From Nitrospirota bacterium (GTDB lineage: Bacteria; Nitrospirota; Thermodesulfovibrionia; UBA6902; JAJYJJ01), in contig JAJYJJ010000013.1 of the NCBI GenBank assembly GCA_021789595.1, forward strand, positions 238-64,237: 64,000 nucleotides of DNA. The letters run 5' to 3'. The stretch's first letter is position 1; each line of letters opens with the position of its first letter. Positions 1 to 10,161 of this stretch are shown here, in pieces. The position numbers were made by a program, and so were the translations under genes. The notes beneath the pieces are model-generated. The model was given only the letters and a program-made list of their open reading frames with translations, was not told the DNA's origin and made no database searches.

Positions 1-284
1 ATATAAAGTGCGGGGTCTATATGGATTTCTTCGCCTTTGAAGGCTAACCCCCCTTTATCCCCCCTTAATTTAAGGGGGGAATGGGGGGTTAATGTTCCAT
101 CGGTATCAGGAAAGCTCCAGTGTTTCTTATCTGGATGCCATCTGTGGCCGGGAATGGATTTAACCTTTTGAACACATATCGCGTCGTAGGGAAAGGCAAC
201 AGTAACTCTGCCAGAACTATCTTTGCCCACCACGATCTCGTTATTGCTGGTTTTGCTGACAGTCACCCCATTGTTATCCTCCAT
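1..284 (-). CDS. 5' part of a gene running off the window; resembles the N-terminal extension of XerD/IntI-like tyrosine recombinases
   Basis: Open frame from ATG 284 (or GTG 266 behind GGAGG): MEDNNGVTVSKTSNNEIVVGKDSSGRVTVAFPYDAICVQKVKSIPGHRWHPDKKHWSFPDTDGTL...FKGEEIHIDPALY. The FPY..VK.I.G.RW.P..K.WSFP pattern is recognised from memory. Not in the ORF track because it has no stop in the window; catalytic domain not visible. Confidence 0.5.
   Translation of the reverse strand, partial: MEDNNGVTVSKTSNNEIVVGKDSSGRVTVAFPYDAICVQKVKSIPGHRWHPDKKHWSFPDTDGTLTPHSPLKLRGDKGGLAFKGEEIHIDPALY
45..91. repeat. Palindromic REP/MITE-like element with TA duplication
   Basis: TA-ACCCCCC-TTTA-TCCCCCCTTA-ATT-TAAGGGGGGA-AT-GGGGGGT-TA; nested inverted repeats. 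Confidence 0.85.
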
Positions 285-294
285 TTACGAAAAT

Positions 295-323
295 ATTCTA
301 TCATCCAGTCTTAACCCCGTCAA
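295..323 (-). promoter_or_regulatory. sigma70-type promoter of the gene at <1..284
   Basis: TTGACG-17nt-TAGAAT with extended -10 TGn. Confidence 0.6.
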
Positions 324-400
324 CTAAAATGCACCATGGTAAGCGTCAACAAGTATCAGGAATCATTTTTCACTGAAAATTACTGTCTACCGCAAAATTT

Positions 401-1528
401 CTAAATAAATCTTATGAACACCTCATTTGAAAGGATGCGGCCTCTTCTTGTAAGCCTCAGCCTTCCATCCGCTATCTCTATCAGGCCCTGAGCCCTCATC
501 TCTTCTATGTCCCCTGCATATACATCCTCAAAATCCCTGTCAAGGAGGACTTTTAGCTCATCAAGCTTTATACCATCTGTCTTTCTAAGCCCGAGGAATA
601 TGGTTTCTGAGAATGCCCTGTCTACTGCAATATCCTCCCATCCATCTACAGGAGATTCCCCCTCCTTTATACACAGGATATAGCGATTGAGGTCTTTTGT
701 GTTATAGGATCTTCTGCCTTCAAAAAATGAATGGGCACCCACGCCAACACCAAGATACTCACCCCTTTGCCAGTAATTGAGGTTGTGTCTGCATTCATAG
801 CCTTCTACAGCAAAGTTTGATATCTCATACTGCCTGAATCCATTGTCCTGGAGGTAATCCATAGCGTATTCATACATCGATACAATAGATTCATCGTCAG
901 GCATGATAAGCCTGCCGCTTTTTACATCCTCTGTAATTATTGTCCCTGTCTCAAGGGTAAGTTCATAGGTGGATATATGCGTAGGACACAGGCCAACTGC
1001 CTTTTCAAGGGATTTCTTCCATGCGTTAATGTCCTGTCCTGGTATACCGTAGATCATATCAATACCTATATTCTCAAAGCCTGCTTTCCTGGCCGTGAAA
1101 ACAGAACCCTGTGCATCATCTGCTGTATGGATCCTTCCAAGCGTCAACAGCTCGTCATCCATGAATGACTGAACACCTATACTTATACGGTTTACACCTG
1201 CCTTCCTGAGCGAAATGAGTTTATCCTCATCTATCGTTCCTGGATTTGCCTCTATAGTGACCTCAGGGTCTTTCACAAATGGCAGATGATTGAGTATAAA
1301 CTCGACAATCCCTGTAATGTCCTCCCTGTCAAGGGCAGTCGGTGTCCCGCCTCCAATATATAGGGTAGCAAAAACCTTTTCTCTGATGGAAAGCCCTGCA
1401 ACCTCTTTTTTCAATGCCTTGAGGTATATGGATGCAGTTTCGGGCCTATAGGTATGCGATACAAAATCGCAGTATAGACACCGCCTCAGACAGAATGGTA
1501 TGTGGACATAAAGCGAAATAGCTGGCAT
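401..1528 (-). CDS. hemW: Radical SAM heme chaperone HemW
   Basis: YVHIPFCxxRCxYCDF, GGGTP, YEISNF, HNxNYW motifs. Confidence 0.93.
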   Translation of the reverse strand: MPAISLYVHIPFCLRRCLYCDFVSHTYRPETASIYLKALKKEVAGLSIREKVFATLYIGGGTPTALDREDITGIVEFILNHLPFVKDPEVTIEANPGTIDEDKLISLRKAGVNRISIGVQSFMDDELLTLGRIHTADDAQGSVFTARKAGFENIGIDMIYGIPGQDINAWKKSLEKAVGLCPTHISTYELTLETGTIITEDVKSGRLIMPDDESIVSMYEYAMDYLQDNGFRQYEISNFAVEGYECRHNLNYWQRGEYLGVGVGAHSFFEGRRSYNTKDLNRYILCIKEGESPVDGWEDIAVDRAFSETIFLGLRKTDGIKLDELKVLLDRDFEDVYAGDIEEMRAQGLIEIADGRLRLTRRGRILSNEVFIRFI

Positions 1529-2328
1529 TACTGTTTTAAAGGCACTGTGTTTTGTTTTTGCTCCAGTGGACTTACAGTTACAGGTCCCTCATTCTGCAAC
1601 GCAGGGGTATCAGCCTTACTGTCTGTGACATCCTCATATTCGGGAGGGATGATCCCCCTCCTCAGCATTATGTTGTAGATCAGCCTTGAACGATTGACAA
1701 CATACCTCGAATCACTCAGGGGGTTAAATCTTATAGGATTTGACAGGACAGATGCAAGCCTTGCCGCCTCCTCAGGTCCGAGGGCAGAGGCAGGTTTTCC
1801 ATAGTAGTGCCTTGATGCAGCCTCTATCCCGAAGATGCCTCCATCACCCCACTCTACCACATTCAGATACAGCTCGAGTATCCGCCTCTTTGACAGCACC
1901 CTCTCCATCCTCCATGTAATAATTGCCTCCTTTATTTTCCTCAAGGGGTTTTTTGAAGGCGATAGATACAGGTTCTTAACAAGCTGCTGCGATATGGTGC
2001 TTGCACCAAACTTGAATCGCTCTGCCTTTATATCCTTTTCAATGGCCTTCTGTATCGCATCATAGTCAAAACCCTCATGCCTCCAGAATTTATCGTCCTC
2101 TCCAATAAGCACAGCCTTTACAAGATAGGGAGATACCCTGCTTAAAGGCACCCATATCTGTTTTACCCTGTATCTTTTGCCCTCTTTCTTCCACTGCCTC
2201 TCACAGTATTCCATAAAGGCAGTCTTTCTCGGATTTACCTTCCTGAGGCTTGAGACATCTGGAAGGGTGAATATGTAAAAGGCAACGGCAAAGATCAATA
2301 CAAGAGTGAAAACACATACCTTCTTCAT
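1528..2328 (-). CDS. mtgA: Monofunctional peptidoglycan transglycosylase
   Basis: EDDKFWRHEG, GASTISQQLVKNL, RKxKE, LELYLN motifs; N-terminal TM. Confidence 0.92.
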   Translation of the reverse strand: MKKVCVFTLVLIFAVAFYIFTLPDVSSLRKVNPRKTAFMEYCERQWKKEGKRYRVKQIWVPLSRVSPYLVKAVLIGEDDKFWRHEGFDYDAIQKAIEKDIKAERFKFGASTISQQLVKNLYLSPSKNPLRKIKEAIITWRMERVLSKRRILELYLNVVEWGDGGIFGIEAASRHYYGKPASALGPEEAARLASVLSNPIRFNPLSDSRYVVNRSRLIYNIMLRRGIIPPEYEDVTDSKADTPALQNEGPVTVSPLEQKQNTVPLKQ

Positions 2329-2434
2329 TCGATTATTATAACCCAGAACTAATTACAGGGAAAATCAGTAAGTGCTACCTTCAGAAAGCTGCAGGGGGAG
2401 ACTAAGCTTATCACCATACAAATACTGCGTGGTA

Positions 2435-3103
2435 TTATATCGCAAGCACTTTTAGTTCATCCTCGTCTATCTGTAGCTCCTGCGCAAGCTGCTTCAGTGT
2501 AGCACCTGTCTGCTTGATTACCTCTCTGAAATATTCCTTATAACTTATATTCTTGTCCCAGCACTTGTAGAAATGTTCCTTGAGTATTACTGCAAGCCCT
2601 TCAGACGGTATCCTGTAGCCTTTCCTGGTCGCCTCCTTTTCACCTGTACTTTCAGGGATACCGATAACAACAAGCCTGTCATCAACAACTATATAGCGAA
2701 TGTCATGCACAACAGGACAGCCGATGTATCGAACTTCAGCGCCGGCCTTCGTATACAGGTGGCCTATATGCAATCTATCAGGGAACTTTGGCAGAATGTA
2801 TTTAACCTGCACCCCCTGCCTTGTTAATCTCTCAATGTTGTTAATAACATCCCTTGTCCTTTTCTTATCGTCTCCTGTTGGAAGCCTGCCTGTGATACAC
2901 CCTATGACCTCAACCTTTGCCTCCATCATCGAATCAGTAACTGTGATAAAATACTCTTCTCGGGTAAGGATCTTTGTCGCCCTTCCCACCTCCAACAGAA
3001 GGTCTTTCCTGCCCCTACCCTCCCTGAGACTATGAAGGATGAGTATGATGGTGGCAATAAGCAGTATTGATTCGAGTATAAGAAGTCCTGTTTCGATAGT
3101 CAT
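2435..3103 (-). CDS. Membrane-anchored hypothetical protein with TrmB/PLD-like domain
   Basis: N-terminal TM; degenerate HKD-like HDIRYIVVDD; FxxxW near domain end. Confidence 0.55.
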   Translation of the reverse strand: MTIETGLLILESILLIATIILILHSLREGRGRKDLLLEVGRATKILTREEYFITVTDSMMEAKVEVIGCITGRLPTGDDKKRTRDVINNIERLTRQGVQVKYILPKFPDRLHIGHLYTKAGAEVRYIGCPVVHDIRYIVVDDRLVVIGIPESTGEKEATRKGYRIPSEGLAVILKEHFYKCWDKNISYKEYFREVIKQTGATLKQLAQELQIDEDELKVLAI

Positions 3104-3260
3104 ATTAATTCAAGTTTAAAGGATTTCAATGAGTTCAGTCAAATATCTCTGGGAGTCCTACGCCGAGCTTGCCGGCCATAAAGATTAAGATGGCTTAAAG
3201 ATCCAGATAATGATGCAAAAAACCTTGACCCATATCCTCTGTAAGGTATAAGCTTAAAGG

Positions 3261-5237
3261 ATGAAACAGTATATATTGAGACCCGAGAAGAGACAATTTG
3301 CCATAGACTATGAAAATGACCTGAATCCCGAACAGCTTGAGGCTGTGCTATGTCCTGGGGGCCCCGTACTTGTTCTTGCAGGCGCAGGCAGCGGAAAGAC
3401 AAGGACAGTGACCTACAGGGTTGCGAGGCTTATAGAGACAGGCATTAACCCACAAAGGATCCTACTTATGACATTTACAAATAAGGCATCGAGGGAGATG
3501 CTTATCAGGGTTGAATCCCTTTTGCAATACGACATAAAAGGCCTCTGGGGAGGGACATTCCATCACATCGGCAACATGGTTCTCAGGCGGCATGCAGAGG
3601 AGATAGGCTATAAGAGCGGCTTTTCAATCCTCGACAGGGAGGATTCAAAAGACCTTATCGAGACATGCGCAGGAGAGCTCGGGCTTGACAAGGCACAGTG
3701 GCGATTTCCAAAAGGTGATGTGCTGCAGGAGATTGCAGGCCTGTCCTCTAACACAGAGGAGGCCATATCAGATGTAGTTATAAAGAGGTTCCCGCATTTT
3801 CTTTCCATCGTGGATGAGATTGAAGGTGTTTTGAAAAGATACAAGGGGAAGAAAGAGGCATTGAACCTCATGGATTTTGATGACCTCCTCATGAACTGGA
3901 AAAGGCTGCTTGAAGAAAAACAGGATATCAGGGAGATTTACTCTGAAAGGTTTCTCCATATCCTTGTGGACGAGTACCAGGATACAAACAAGATCCAGGC
4001 AGACATTATTGACCTCCTGACAGCCCGGCACAGAAATATCTATGTTGTTGGAGACGATGCACAGTCCATCTACTCCTTCAGGGGGGCAAATATTGAGAAC
4101 ATAATGGAGTTTCCAAAAAGATATCCTGATGCAAGCATATTCAAGCTGACAGCAAATTACCGAAGCACCCCTGAAGTCCTCAAACTTGCAAACCACAGCA
4201 TCTCGCATAATAAGAGGCGGTTTCCAAAAGACCTGAAGGCTATAAAAGGTAATGGTGAAAAGCCAAACCTCGTCCCTCTCAGGGATGTTTTCCAGCAGGC
4301 AGAATTTGTTGCGCAGAGGGTTCTTGAACTATATGAAGGAGGCATTCCGTTCAGGGAGATGGCAGTGCTCTACAGGTCACACTATCAGTCCATGGAGCTT
4401 CAGATGGAGCTTGCAAAAAGGGGAATCCCTTTTGAGGTTCGTTCTGGATTGAGATTTTTCGAGCAGGCGCACATAAAGGATGTGGCAGCATATCTAAGGG
4501 TTATGGTTAATCCATGTGATGAACTTGCATGGATAAGGGTATTAAGGCTTGTGCCAAGGATCGGGGCTGTCACAGCACAGAGGATATGGAAGGTCATTTC
4601 AGGCAGCAGTCCGATTGAGGCCATCTTCAGCCAGGAAGTAAAAAGGGTATTATCAAGGGGCGCAGATAAGCCGTTTGGCACATTCCTAAATGTAATGAAA
4701 AGCTTGTCTGAACCACAACTCCTTTCATCCCCGTCTAAGATGATAGGCGTCGTGCTGAGGGAGGGATATGAGGAATATCTCTATTCCCGCTATCCTAATG
4801 CCCTGTCAAGGATTGAAGACCTGCAGCAGCTTTCAAGCTATGCACTAAAATACCCCTCTGTAGAGGCATTTCTGAGTGACCTTGTCCTGCTGGGCACAGT
4901 AATGGGCGAGGCAGAACCCTTTAATACGGCAGAAGAAGATATGCTTGTCCTTTCATCCATACACCAGGCAAAGGGTCTTGAATGGAGGATAGTCTTTATT
5001 ATATGGCTTGTCGAAGGGAGGTTTCCATCAGCAAAATCATCAGCATCAGGGAGCGAAGAGGAAGAGGAGCGGAGGCTTTTTTATGTCGCATGCACAAGGG
5101 CAAAGGATGAGATATACCTCTGTTACCCAGAAACCTATGAGGGATGGGAGGGATTAACACTCATGAGGCCATCGAGATTCTTAAGGGAGATCCCAGTGGA
5201 AAGCTACGAGGAGTGGGAGATCGATGAACACATGTAA
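3261..5237 (+). CDS. pcrA: UvrD/PcrA/Rep family DNA helicase
   Basis: AGAGSGKT, TFTNKA, DEYQD, NYRS, SIHQAKGLE, EERRLFYVA. Confidence 0.92.
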   Translation: MKQYILRPEKRQFAIDYENDLNPEQLEAVLCPGGPVLVLAGAGSGKTRTVTYRVARLIETGINPQRILLMTFTNKASREMLIRVESLLQYDIKGLWGGTFHHIGNMVLRRHAEEIGYKSGFSILDREDSKDLIETCAGELGLDKAQWRFPKGDVLQEIAGLSSNTEEAISDVVIKRFPHFLSIVDEIEGVLKRYKGKKEALNLMDFDDLLMNWKRLLEEKQDIREIYSERFLHILVDEYQDTNKIQADIIDLLTARHRNIYVVGDDAQSIYSFRGANIENIMEFPKRYPDASIFKLTANYRSTPEVLKLANHSISHNKRRFPKDLKAIKGNGEKPNLVPLRDVFQQAEFVAQRVLELYEGGIPFREMAVLYRSHYQSMELQMELAKRGIPFEVRSGLRFFEQAHIKDVAAYLRVMVNPCDELAWIRVLRLVPRIGAVTAQRIWKVISGSSPIEAIFSQEVKRVLSRGADKPFGTFLNVMKSLSEPQLLSSPSKMIGVVLREGYEEYLYSRYPNALSRIEDLQQLSSYALKYPSVEAFLSDLVLLGTVMGEAEPFNTAEEDMLVLSSIHQAKGLEWRIVFIIWLVEGRFPSAKSSASGSEEEEERRLFYVACTRAKDEIYLCYPETYEGWEGLTLMRPSRFLREIPVESYEEWEIDEHM

Positions 5238-5245
5238 TAATCCTG

Positions 5246-5704
5246 TTATTCCTCAACCTCAAATATAAAGTCTATCTCCAGGGGTGAATTCAAAGGTAAT
5301 ACTGAAACCCCAACAGCCACCCTGACATGCCTGCCCCTATTGCCGAATATCCCAACAAGGAGGTCAGATGCAGCATTAAGCACCCTGGGCTGCTCTGTAA
5401 AACCTTCTGACGATGATACATAGCCACTTAATTTAACACACTGTCTCACCTTATCAAGGCTGCCGAGGCTGTCCTTAAGGATGGACAGGGCATTTATGGT
5501 TATTATCCTCGCGGCATCCATTGCCTGTTCAAGACTAACATCCTCGCCTACCCTGCCCTGGTATCTCAACTGACCATTGATCATGGGCAGCAGTCCACTA
5601 AGGAAAAGGAGTTTATCCATCTTTAGCCATGGGACATATGACCCAAGTGCCTTTGGCGCTGCAGGCAGTTCGATACCCAGATCCCTGAGTCTTTCCTCTA
5701 TCAT
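5246..5704 (-). CDS. RidA/YjgF family protein
   Basis: LPAAPKALGSY, NAASDL, GRHVRxAVGVxxLP. Confidence 0.88.
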   Translation of the reverse strand: MIEERLRDLGIELPAAPKALGSYVPWLKMDKLLFLSGLLPMINGQLRYQGRVGEDVSLEQAMDAARIITINALSILKDSLGSLDKVRQCVKLSGYVSSSEGFTEQPRVLNAASDLLVGIFGNRGRHVRVAVGVSVLPLNSPLEIDFIFEVEE

Positions 5705-5724
5705 ATCCCCACCTTAAAAACTGC

Positions 5725-6666
5725 CTAAAAGTGGTAGCTTACGCTTGTATTAAAAAGCCAGGGTGCTACAAGCTGATAGCCATTTACGTGTGTATAGACA
5801 GGAAACTCGAAATCACCATGGATTTTCCAGTTCTGAGTGATATCTAGTTCAATACCAGGTGATATGAAAAGCCTCTGAAAGCCTGTATTGTCGGGATCTG
5901 ATGCTACACCGCTGTCATGGCTACGGATAGAGGTTATAACCTGCACAAGCGGGACGAGTCTGTATTTTGGCTCAAGACCATCATAGTGTACGCCAAGAGA
6001 TATGTTATAACTATCCCCAGGACGATAACCATCACGGTAATTCATGGCATGCCTCCACAACCCCTGTATGTACCAGCCCCAATTCCGTTGCTGTCCCATA
6101 TGGTAACCTCCAAGGAGAAGGTCTGTTGTGCCGGTTCCAGGCTGGGTGTCCCTGTCCATCAAAGAAAGATGATAAGGGCCTGTAGGCAACTTCAAGCCAA
6201 AAAGAAGGGCCGTGGACATATCAGGGGAAAAGCCGGTGTACATGCCCATAAGGCGCACATCACTTAAACTCTTGTGATCGACAGAGACGATGTTACCATT
6301 ATCATCGGTGGTTTTAAAATAGCGATCCCAGTAGGGAATTTCTGCCATAATACCCCAGCTCCTGTTCACCATATACTGAATGCCGAGGGTGTAAAAGCTT
6401 GTCCTTATTTCCTTATCATCGTTCAGGTCTGGACTGGCACTGCTCTGGCTATGCCAGTTTTTATTTTGATTCATGTAAGAGTACTGCATGAACATACTGA
6501 GGCCAGGCTCTGTAGCCATCGTCCATCTTGTACCAACATTAAATACACCACAGCCGCAGGCGCAGGCGAACACAGTGCTGGGTACACTAATGCTTAAGGC
6601 GACTACTATAAAAAGGATATAAACGATTAGCTTACCAATTAAGCGCTGTTTCCCATCCTTTTTCAT
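5725..6666 (-). CDS. Outer-membrane beta-barrel (COG4313/'transporter'-like) with N-terminal CACGCG metal-binding motif
   Basis: Signal peptide ending VFA then CACGCG; GLKLPTG and GTGTTD motifs; C-terminal YxF. Confidence 0.7.
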   Translation of the reverse strand: MKKDGKQRLIGKLIVYILFIVVALSISVPSTVFACACGCGVFNVGTRWTMATEPGLSMFMQYSYMNQNKNWHSQSSASPDLNDDKEIRTSFYTLGIQYMVNRSWGIMAEIPYWDRYFKTTDDNGNIVSVDHKSLSDVRLMGMYTGFSPDMSTALLFGLKLPTGPYHLSLMDRDTQPGTGTTDLLLGGYHMGQQRNWGWYIQGLWRHAMNYRDGYRPGDSYNISLGVHYDGLEPKYRLVPLVQVITSIRSHDSGVASDPDNTGFQRLFISPGIELDITQNWKIHGDFEFPVYTHVNGYQLVAPWLFNTSVSYHF

Positions 6667-6736
6667 TTTAACACCTCCATAGGGTTAAGGATATTAACAT
6701 AATCAAATCCAGCAATAGACAAATTATGACTGAAGT

Positions 6737-7018
6737 TTAACCTCTTGGAGGATGTTCCTTTTGAAAGGCGATTAACAACGGATGAAATGTCGGATTTGAA
6801 GTTTCATGAAAACCAGTAAACCCAAATATAACAGGTTGGCATGGATGCTCATGAAGGCAAGGTATACTGGCATTTACAGACATAGCAGGCTTTGATATAT
6901 GGCATGGGTCGATGACAAATATACGGACATCGCTGGTAGAATAAGAGATATTAATCGAAAAAGGGATTATTATTGAAAGTGTTAGAACAAGTAAGACGCA
7001 TAGACTTATTGCCCTCAT
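6737..7018 (-). CDS. DUF2946-like small membrane/leader protein with Cys/His motifs and C-terminal PP
   Basis: N-terminal TM, DPCH, CLHEHPC, ends QKEHPPRG; 70 nt upstream of the barrel gene. Confidence 0.6.
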   Translation of the reverse strand: MRAISLCVLLVLTLSIIIPFSINISYSTSDVRIFVIDPCHISKPAMSVNASIPCLHEHPCQPVIFGFTGFHETSNPTFHPLLIAFQKEHPPRG

Positions 7019-7083
7019 AATGGATAAGTCTAAACTATATAATATTCGAGAATCAACATCAAACTGTAATTTTAGTCTATGTT

Positions 7084-8094
7084 TTATATGGTATTTGTTA
7101 TCCTCCTTAGTTCGTCTAACTTTTTCATCGCCATCCCGCTGTCTATGGTCTCCTCTGCCATCTTAATACCTTCCATGACAGTTTTGGCCTTACCTCCAAC
7201 CAGAAGGCCTGCTGCAGTATTGATGAGTATAATATCCCTCTTTGGCCCCTTCTGTCCTTTAAGTATGGATATGGTTATCTCTGCGTTTTCCTCGGCACTG
7301 CCGCCAAGTATGTCTTCTCCGCTGGCCCTCGGTATGTTAAAGTCTTCAGGGGAGATATAGTATGTATTAACCTCGTCATCTTTGAACTCCGACACCTTTG
7401 TCCTGTCATTTATAGTTATCTCATCAAGACCATCCTCACCATGGACAACAACAGCGTGCTCTGCACCAAGATTCCCAAGAACCTGTGCCATGGTCTCGGT
7501 CATTTTATGGGTAAATACACCCAATATCTGTCTCTTTGCCCCTGCCGGGTTTGTGAGCGGACCGAGGATGTTAAAGATCGTTCTTATGCCTATCTCCCTT
7601 CGGGGACCTACAGCATATTTCATGGCAGGATGAAACATCGGGGCAAAGAGAAAACCAAAGTTGCTCTCAAACAGGCATCTTTCCACCTTATCGGGCTGAA
7701 GGTCTATCTTTATACCAAGGGCTTCAAGGACATCAGCGCTTCCTGATCGGCTCGATACTGAGCGATTCCCATGCTTTGCAACCGGCACGTCTGCTGCTGC
7801 AACAACAATGGCTGTCGTCGTGGAGATATTGAATGTATTGGACATGTCACCACCTGTGCCGCAGGTATCAACGGTTTTTGGAGGCGACTTTATCCGTGTG
7901 GCCTTCTCCCTCATTATCCTTGCTGCACCTGTTATCTCCTGTACTGTCTCACCCTTCATCCTCAGGGCAGTGAGAAAGGCAGATGTCTGGGCATCTGTTG
8001 CCCTGCCATCCATAATATCTCTCATGGCCTCTGCCATCTCTGCCTCGTTAAGGTCAATATGCTGGGTGACCATGGATATGGCTTCTTTAATCAT
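7084..8094 (-). CDS. trpD: Anthranilate phosphoribosyltransferase
   Basis: [22 protein letters not shown]. Confidence 0.96.
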   Translation of the reverse strand: MIKEAISMVTQHIDLNEAEMAEAMRDIMDGRATDAQTSAFLTALRMKGETVQEITGAARIMREKATRIKSPPKTVDTCGTGGDMSNTFNISTTTAIVVAAADVPVAKHGNRSVSSRSGSADVLEALGIKIDLQPDKVERCLFESNFGFLFAPMFHPAMKYAVGPRREIGIRTIFNILGPLTNPAGAKRQILGVFTHKMTETMAQVLGNLGAEHAVVVHGEDGLDEITINDRTKVSEFKDDEVNTYYISPEDFNIPRASGEDILGGSAEENAEITISILKGQKGPKRDIILINTAAGLLVGGKAKTVMEGIKMAEETIDSGMAMKKLDELRRITNTI

Positions 8095-8672
8095 TGATGC
8101 CTCGCATAATTCATTTCTACAAAGTTTTTCAGGAGATCTTTGCCAACAGTTGTCAATATAGACTCAGGATGGAATTGAACCCCTTCTACAATATAATACC
8201 TGTGTCTTACCCCCATTATCTCTCCCTCTTTTGTCCACGCTGTTATCTCAAGGCAATCGGGGATAGTTTCCCTTTTGATTACAAGGGAGTGATACCTTGT
8301 TGCTTCAAAGGGGTTTGGAAGAGCTTGAAATATTGTCCTGCTATCATGGTATATCATCGATGTCTTTCCGTGCATGAGTCTTGGCGCTCTGATAATCTCG
8401 CCGCCAAATGCAGCCCCAATTGCCTGATGTCCGAGGCATACACCGAGTATAGGGATTATGCCTGAGAATTCTCTTATGACCGAAACCGATATGCCTGCCT
8501 CTTTTGGCGTGCATGGGCCTGGCGATATGACAATCCTGTCAGGCCTCAGCTTTTTTATCTCTGGTATTGTAATCTTATCGTTTCTAAATACTCTTATATC
8601 CTCTCCAAGCTCACCGAGATATTGGACGAGGTTATAGGTAAAGGAATCATAATTGTCTATCATCAATAGCAT
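8091..8672 (-). CDS. trpG: Anthranilate synthase component II (glutamine amidotransferase)
   Basis: [23 protein letters not shown]; between trpE and trpD. Confidence 0.93.
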   Translation of the reverse strand: MLLMIDNYDSFTYNLVQYLGELGEDIRVFRNDKITIPEIKKLRPDRIVISPGPCTPKEAGISVSVIREFSGIIPILGVCLGHQAIGAAFGGEIIRAPRLMHGKTSMIYHDSRTIFQALPNPFEATRYHSLVIKRETIPDCLEITAWTKEGEIMGVRHRYYIVEGVQFHPESILTTVGKDLLKNFVEMNYARHQ

Positions 8673-8682
8673 AGCTCAACCA

Positions 8683-10161
8683 TTAACTTTCATTTAGGCC
8701 TTTTTCTGCCATCTCTATCGCCTTCATCATTGCCATTGCCTTGTTCACTGTTTCCGTATACTCCTTTTCAGGATCAGAATCTGCAACTATACCGGCGCCA
8801 GCCTGGATATATGCGATGCCGTCTTTTATTATTATAGTCCGTATTGTTATACACATGTCCATATTTCCTGTATAGCTCAGGTATCCGACTGACCCCGCAT
8901 ATAGACCTCTTTTTGTGGGTTCAAGCTCCTCTATTATCTCCATTGCCCTTATCTTTGGTGCACCAGAGACGGTGCCTGCTGGAAAACATGCCCTTAACAC
9001 ATCAAAGATATCCATTCCCCTTTTCATATTACCTTCAACATTGCTTACAAGGTGCATAACATGACTATACCGCTCTATACCCATAAGTTCGGTTACTTTT
9101 ACAGAGCCTGTCTCAGCTACCCTTCCAACATCGTTTCTTCCGAGGTCAACAAGCATTATATGCTCTGCTATCTCCTTTGGATCAGCCTTCAGCTCTTTCT
9201 CAAGGGATATGTCCTCATCCTCAGTCGCCCCTCTTTTCCTTGTCCCGGCAATAGGCCTTAGTATAATCTTTTCATCCTCAACCCTCACAAGGATCTCGGG
9301 TGATGAGCCTATAAGGGTTATATCGCCTGCATCGATATAATACATGTATGGCGATGGATTTATTACCCTTATGGCCCTGTATATGTCAAACGGGTGAGAG
9401 CTAACAGGGCTTTCAACCCTCTGGGAAAGGACGACCTGCACTACATCTCCGGACATGACATATTCTTTTGCCTTTTCTACCGCAGCCGTGAAGGATTCCT
9501 TTTTGAAATTCGAGGTAAAACCTGAGCTAATAAGACCCTTCTTCCCTTTCTCTATCTTCACCGTCCCTTCAAGTTTCTTCACAATGGCCTCTATCTTTTC
9601 CTTTGCCTCATCATATGCCTGTCTTGGGTCTTTCCCATCTATATGGGCATTGGACACGACCTTTATCTTCTGTGAAAGACTGTCAAAGATAATCATTGTA
9701 TCCGTTAGCATAAAAAAGATATCAGGTGCGCCTATCCCTTTATGACCATAATCTGGAATGCCCTCAAAGAACCTAACGGCATCATAGCCGATATAGCCAA
9801 CAAAACCTCCGAAGAATCTTGGAAGGTCATGAATCTTAACAGCCCTGTAATTGTTCAGTATCTTTTTTATGACCTCAAGGGGGTCTCTATCAAATGACTC
9901 CTTTGTCTTCTTACCGTTTTCTATACTCTCTACATCGTTACCAGAGACCCTTATAATCATGGAAGGGTTTGTCCCGATAAAGGAATACCTTGCCCATTTC
10001 TTACCTCCAACAACGCTTTCAAGAAGGAATGACGGACCTTCAGCGGTTTTCAGGTATGCTGATACAGGGGTTTCAAGGTCTGCAAGGATCTCTCTGTAAA
10101 CAGGGATCAGGTTGCCCTCTAATGCCTTTTGCTCAAATTCTTTGAAATCAGGATAAAACAT
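8683..10161 (-). CDS. trpE: Anthranilate synthase component I
   Basis: LLES, NPSPYM, PIAGT, EHxMLVDLGRND, GTVSGAPK. Confidence 0.95.
   Translation of the reverse strand: MFYPDFKEFEQKALEGNLIPVYREILADLETPVSAYLKTAEGPSFLLESVVGGKKWARYSFIGTNPSMIIRVSGNDVESIENGKKTKESFDRDPLEVIKKILNNYRAVKIHDLPRFFGGFVGYIGYDAVRFFEGIPDYGHKGIGAPDIFFMLTDTMIIFDSLSQKIKVVSNAHIDGKDPRQAYDEAKEKIEAIVKKLEGTVKIEKGKKGLISSGFTSNFKKESFTAAVEKAKEYVMSGDVVQVVLSQRVESPVSSHPFDIYRAIRVINPSPYMYYIDAGDITLIGSSPEILVRVEDEKIILRPIAGTRKRGATEDEDISLEKELKADPKEIAEHIMLVDLGRNDVGRVAETGSVKVTELMGIERYSHVMHLVSNVEGNMKRGMDIFDVLRACFPAGTVSGAPKIRAMEIIEELEPTKRGLYAGSVGYLSYTGNMDMCITIRTIIIKDGIAYIQAGAGIVADSDPEKEYTETVNKAMAMMKAIEMAEKGLNES

Noticed and set aside
90..271. ATG-GGG-TGA behind a good SD, possible selenoprotein
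   Set aside because: The read-through peptide has no redox motif or evident SECIS, and the overlapping frame from 284 looks like the real protein.
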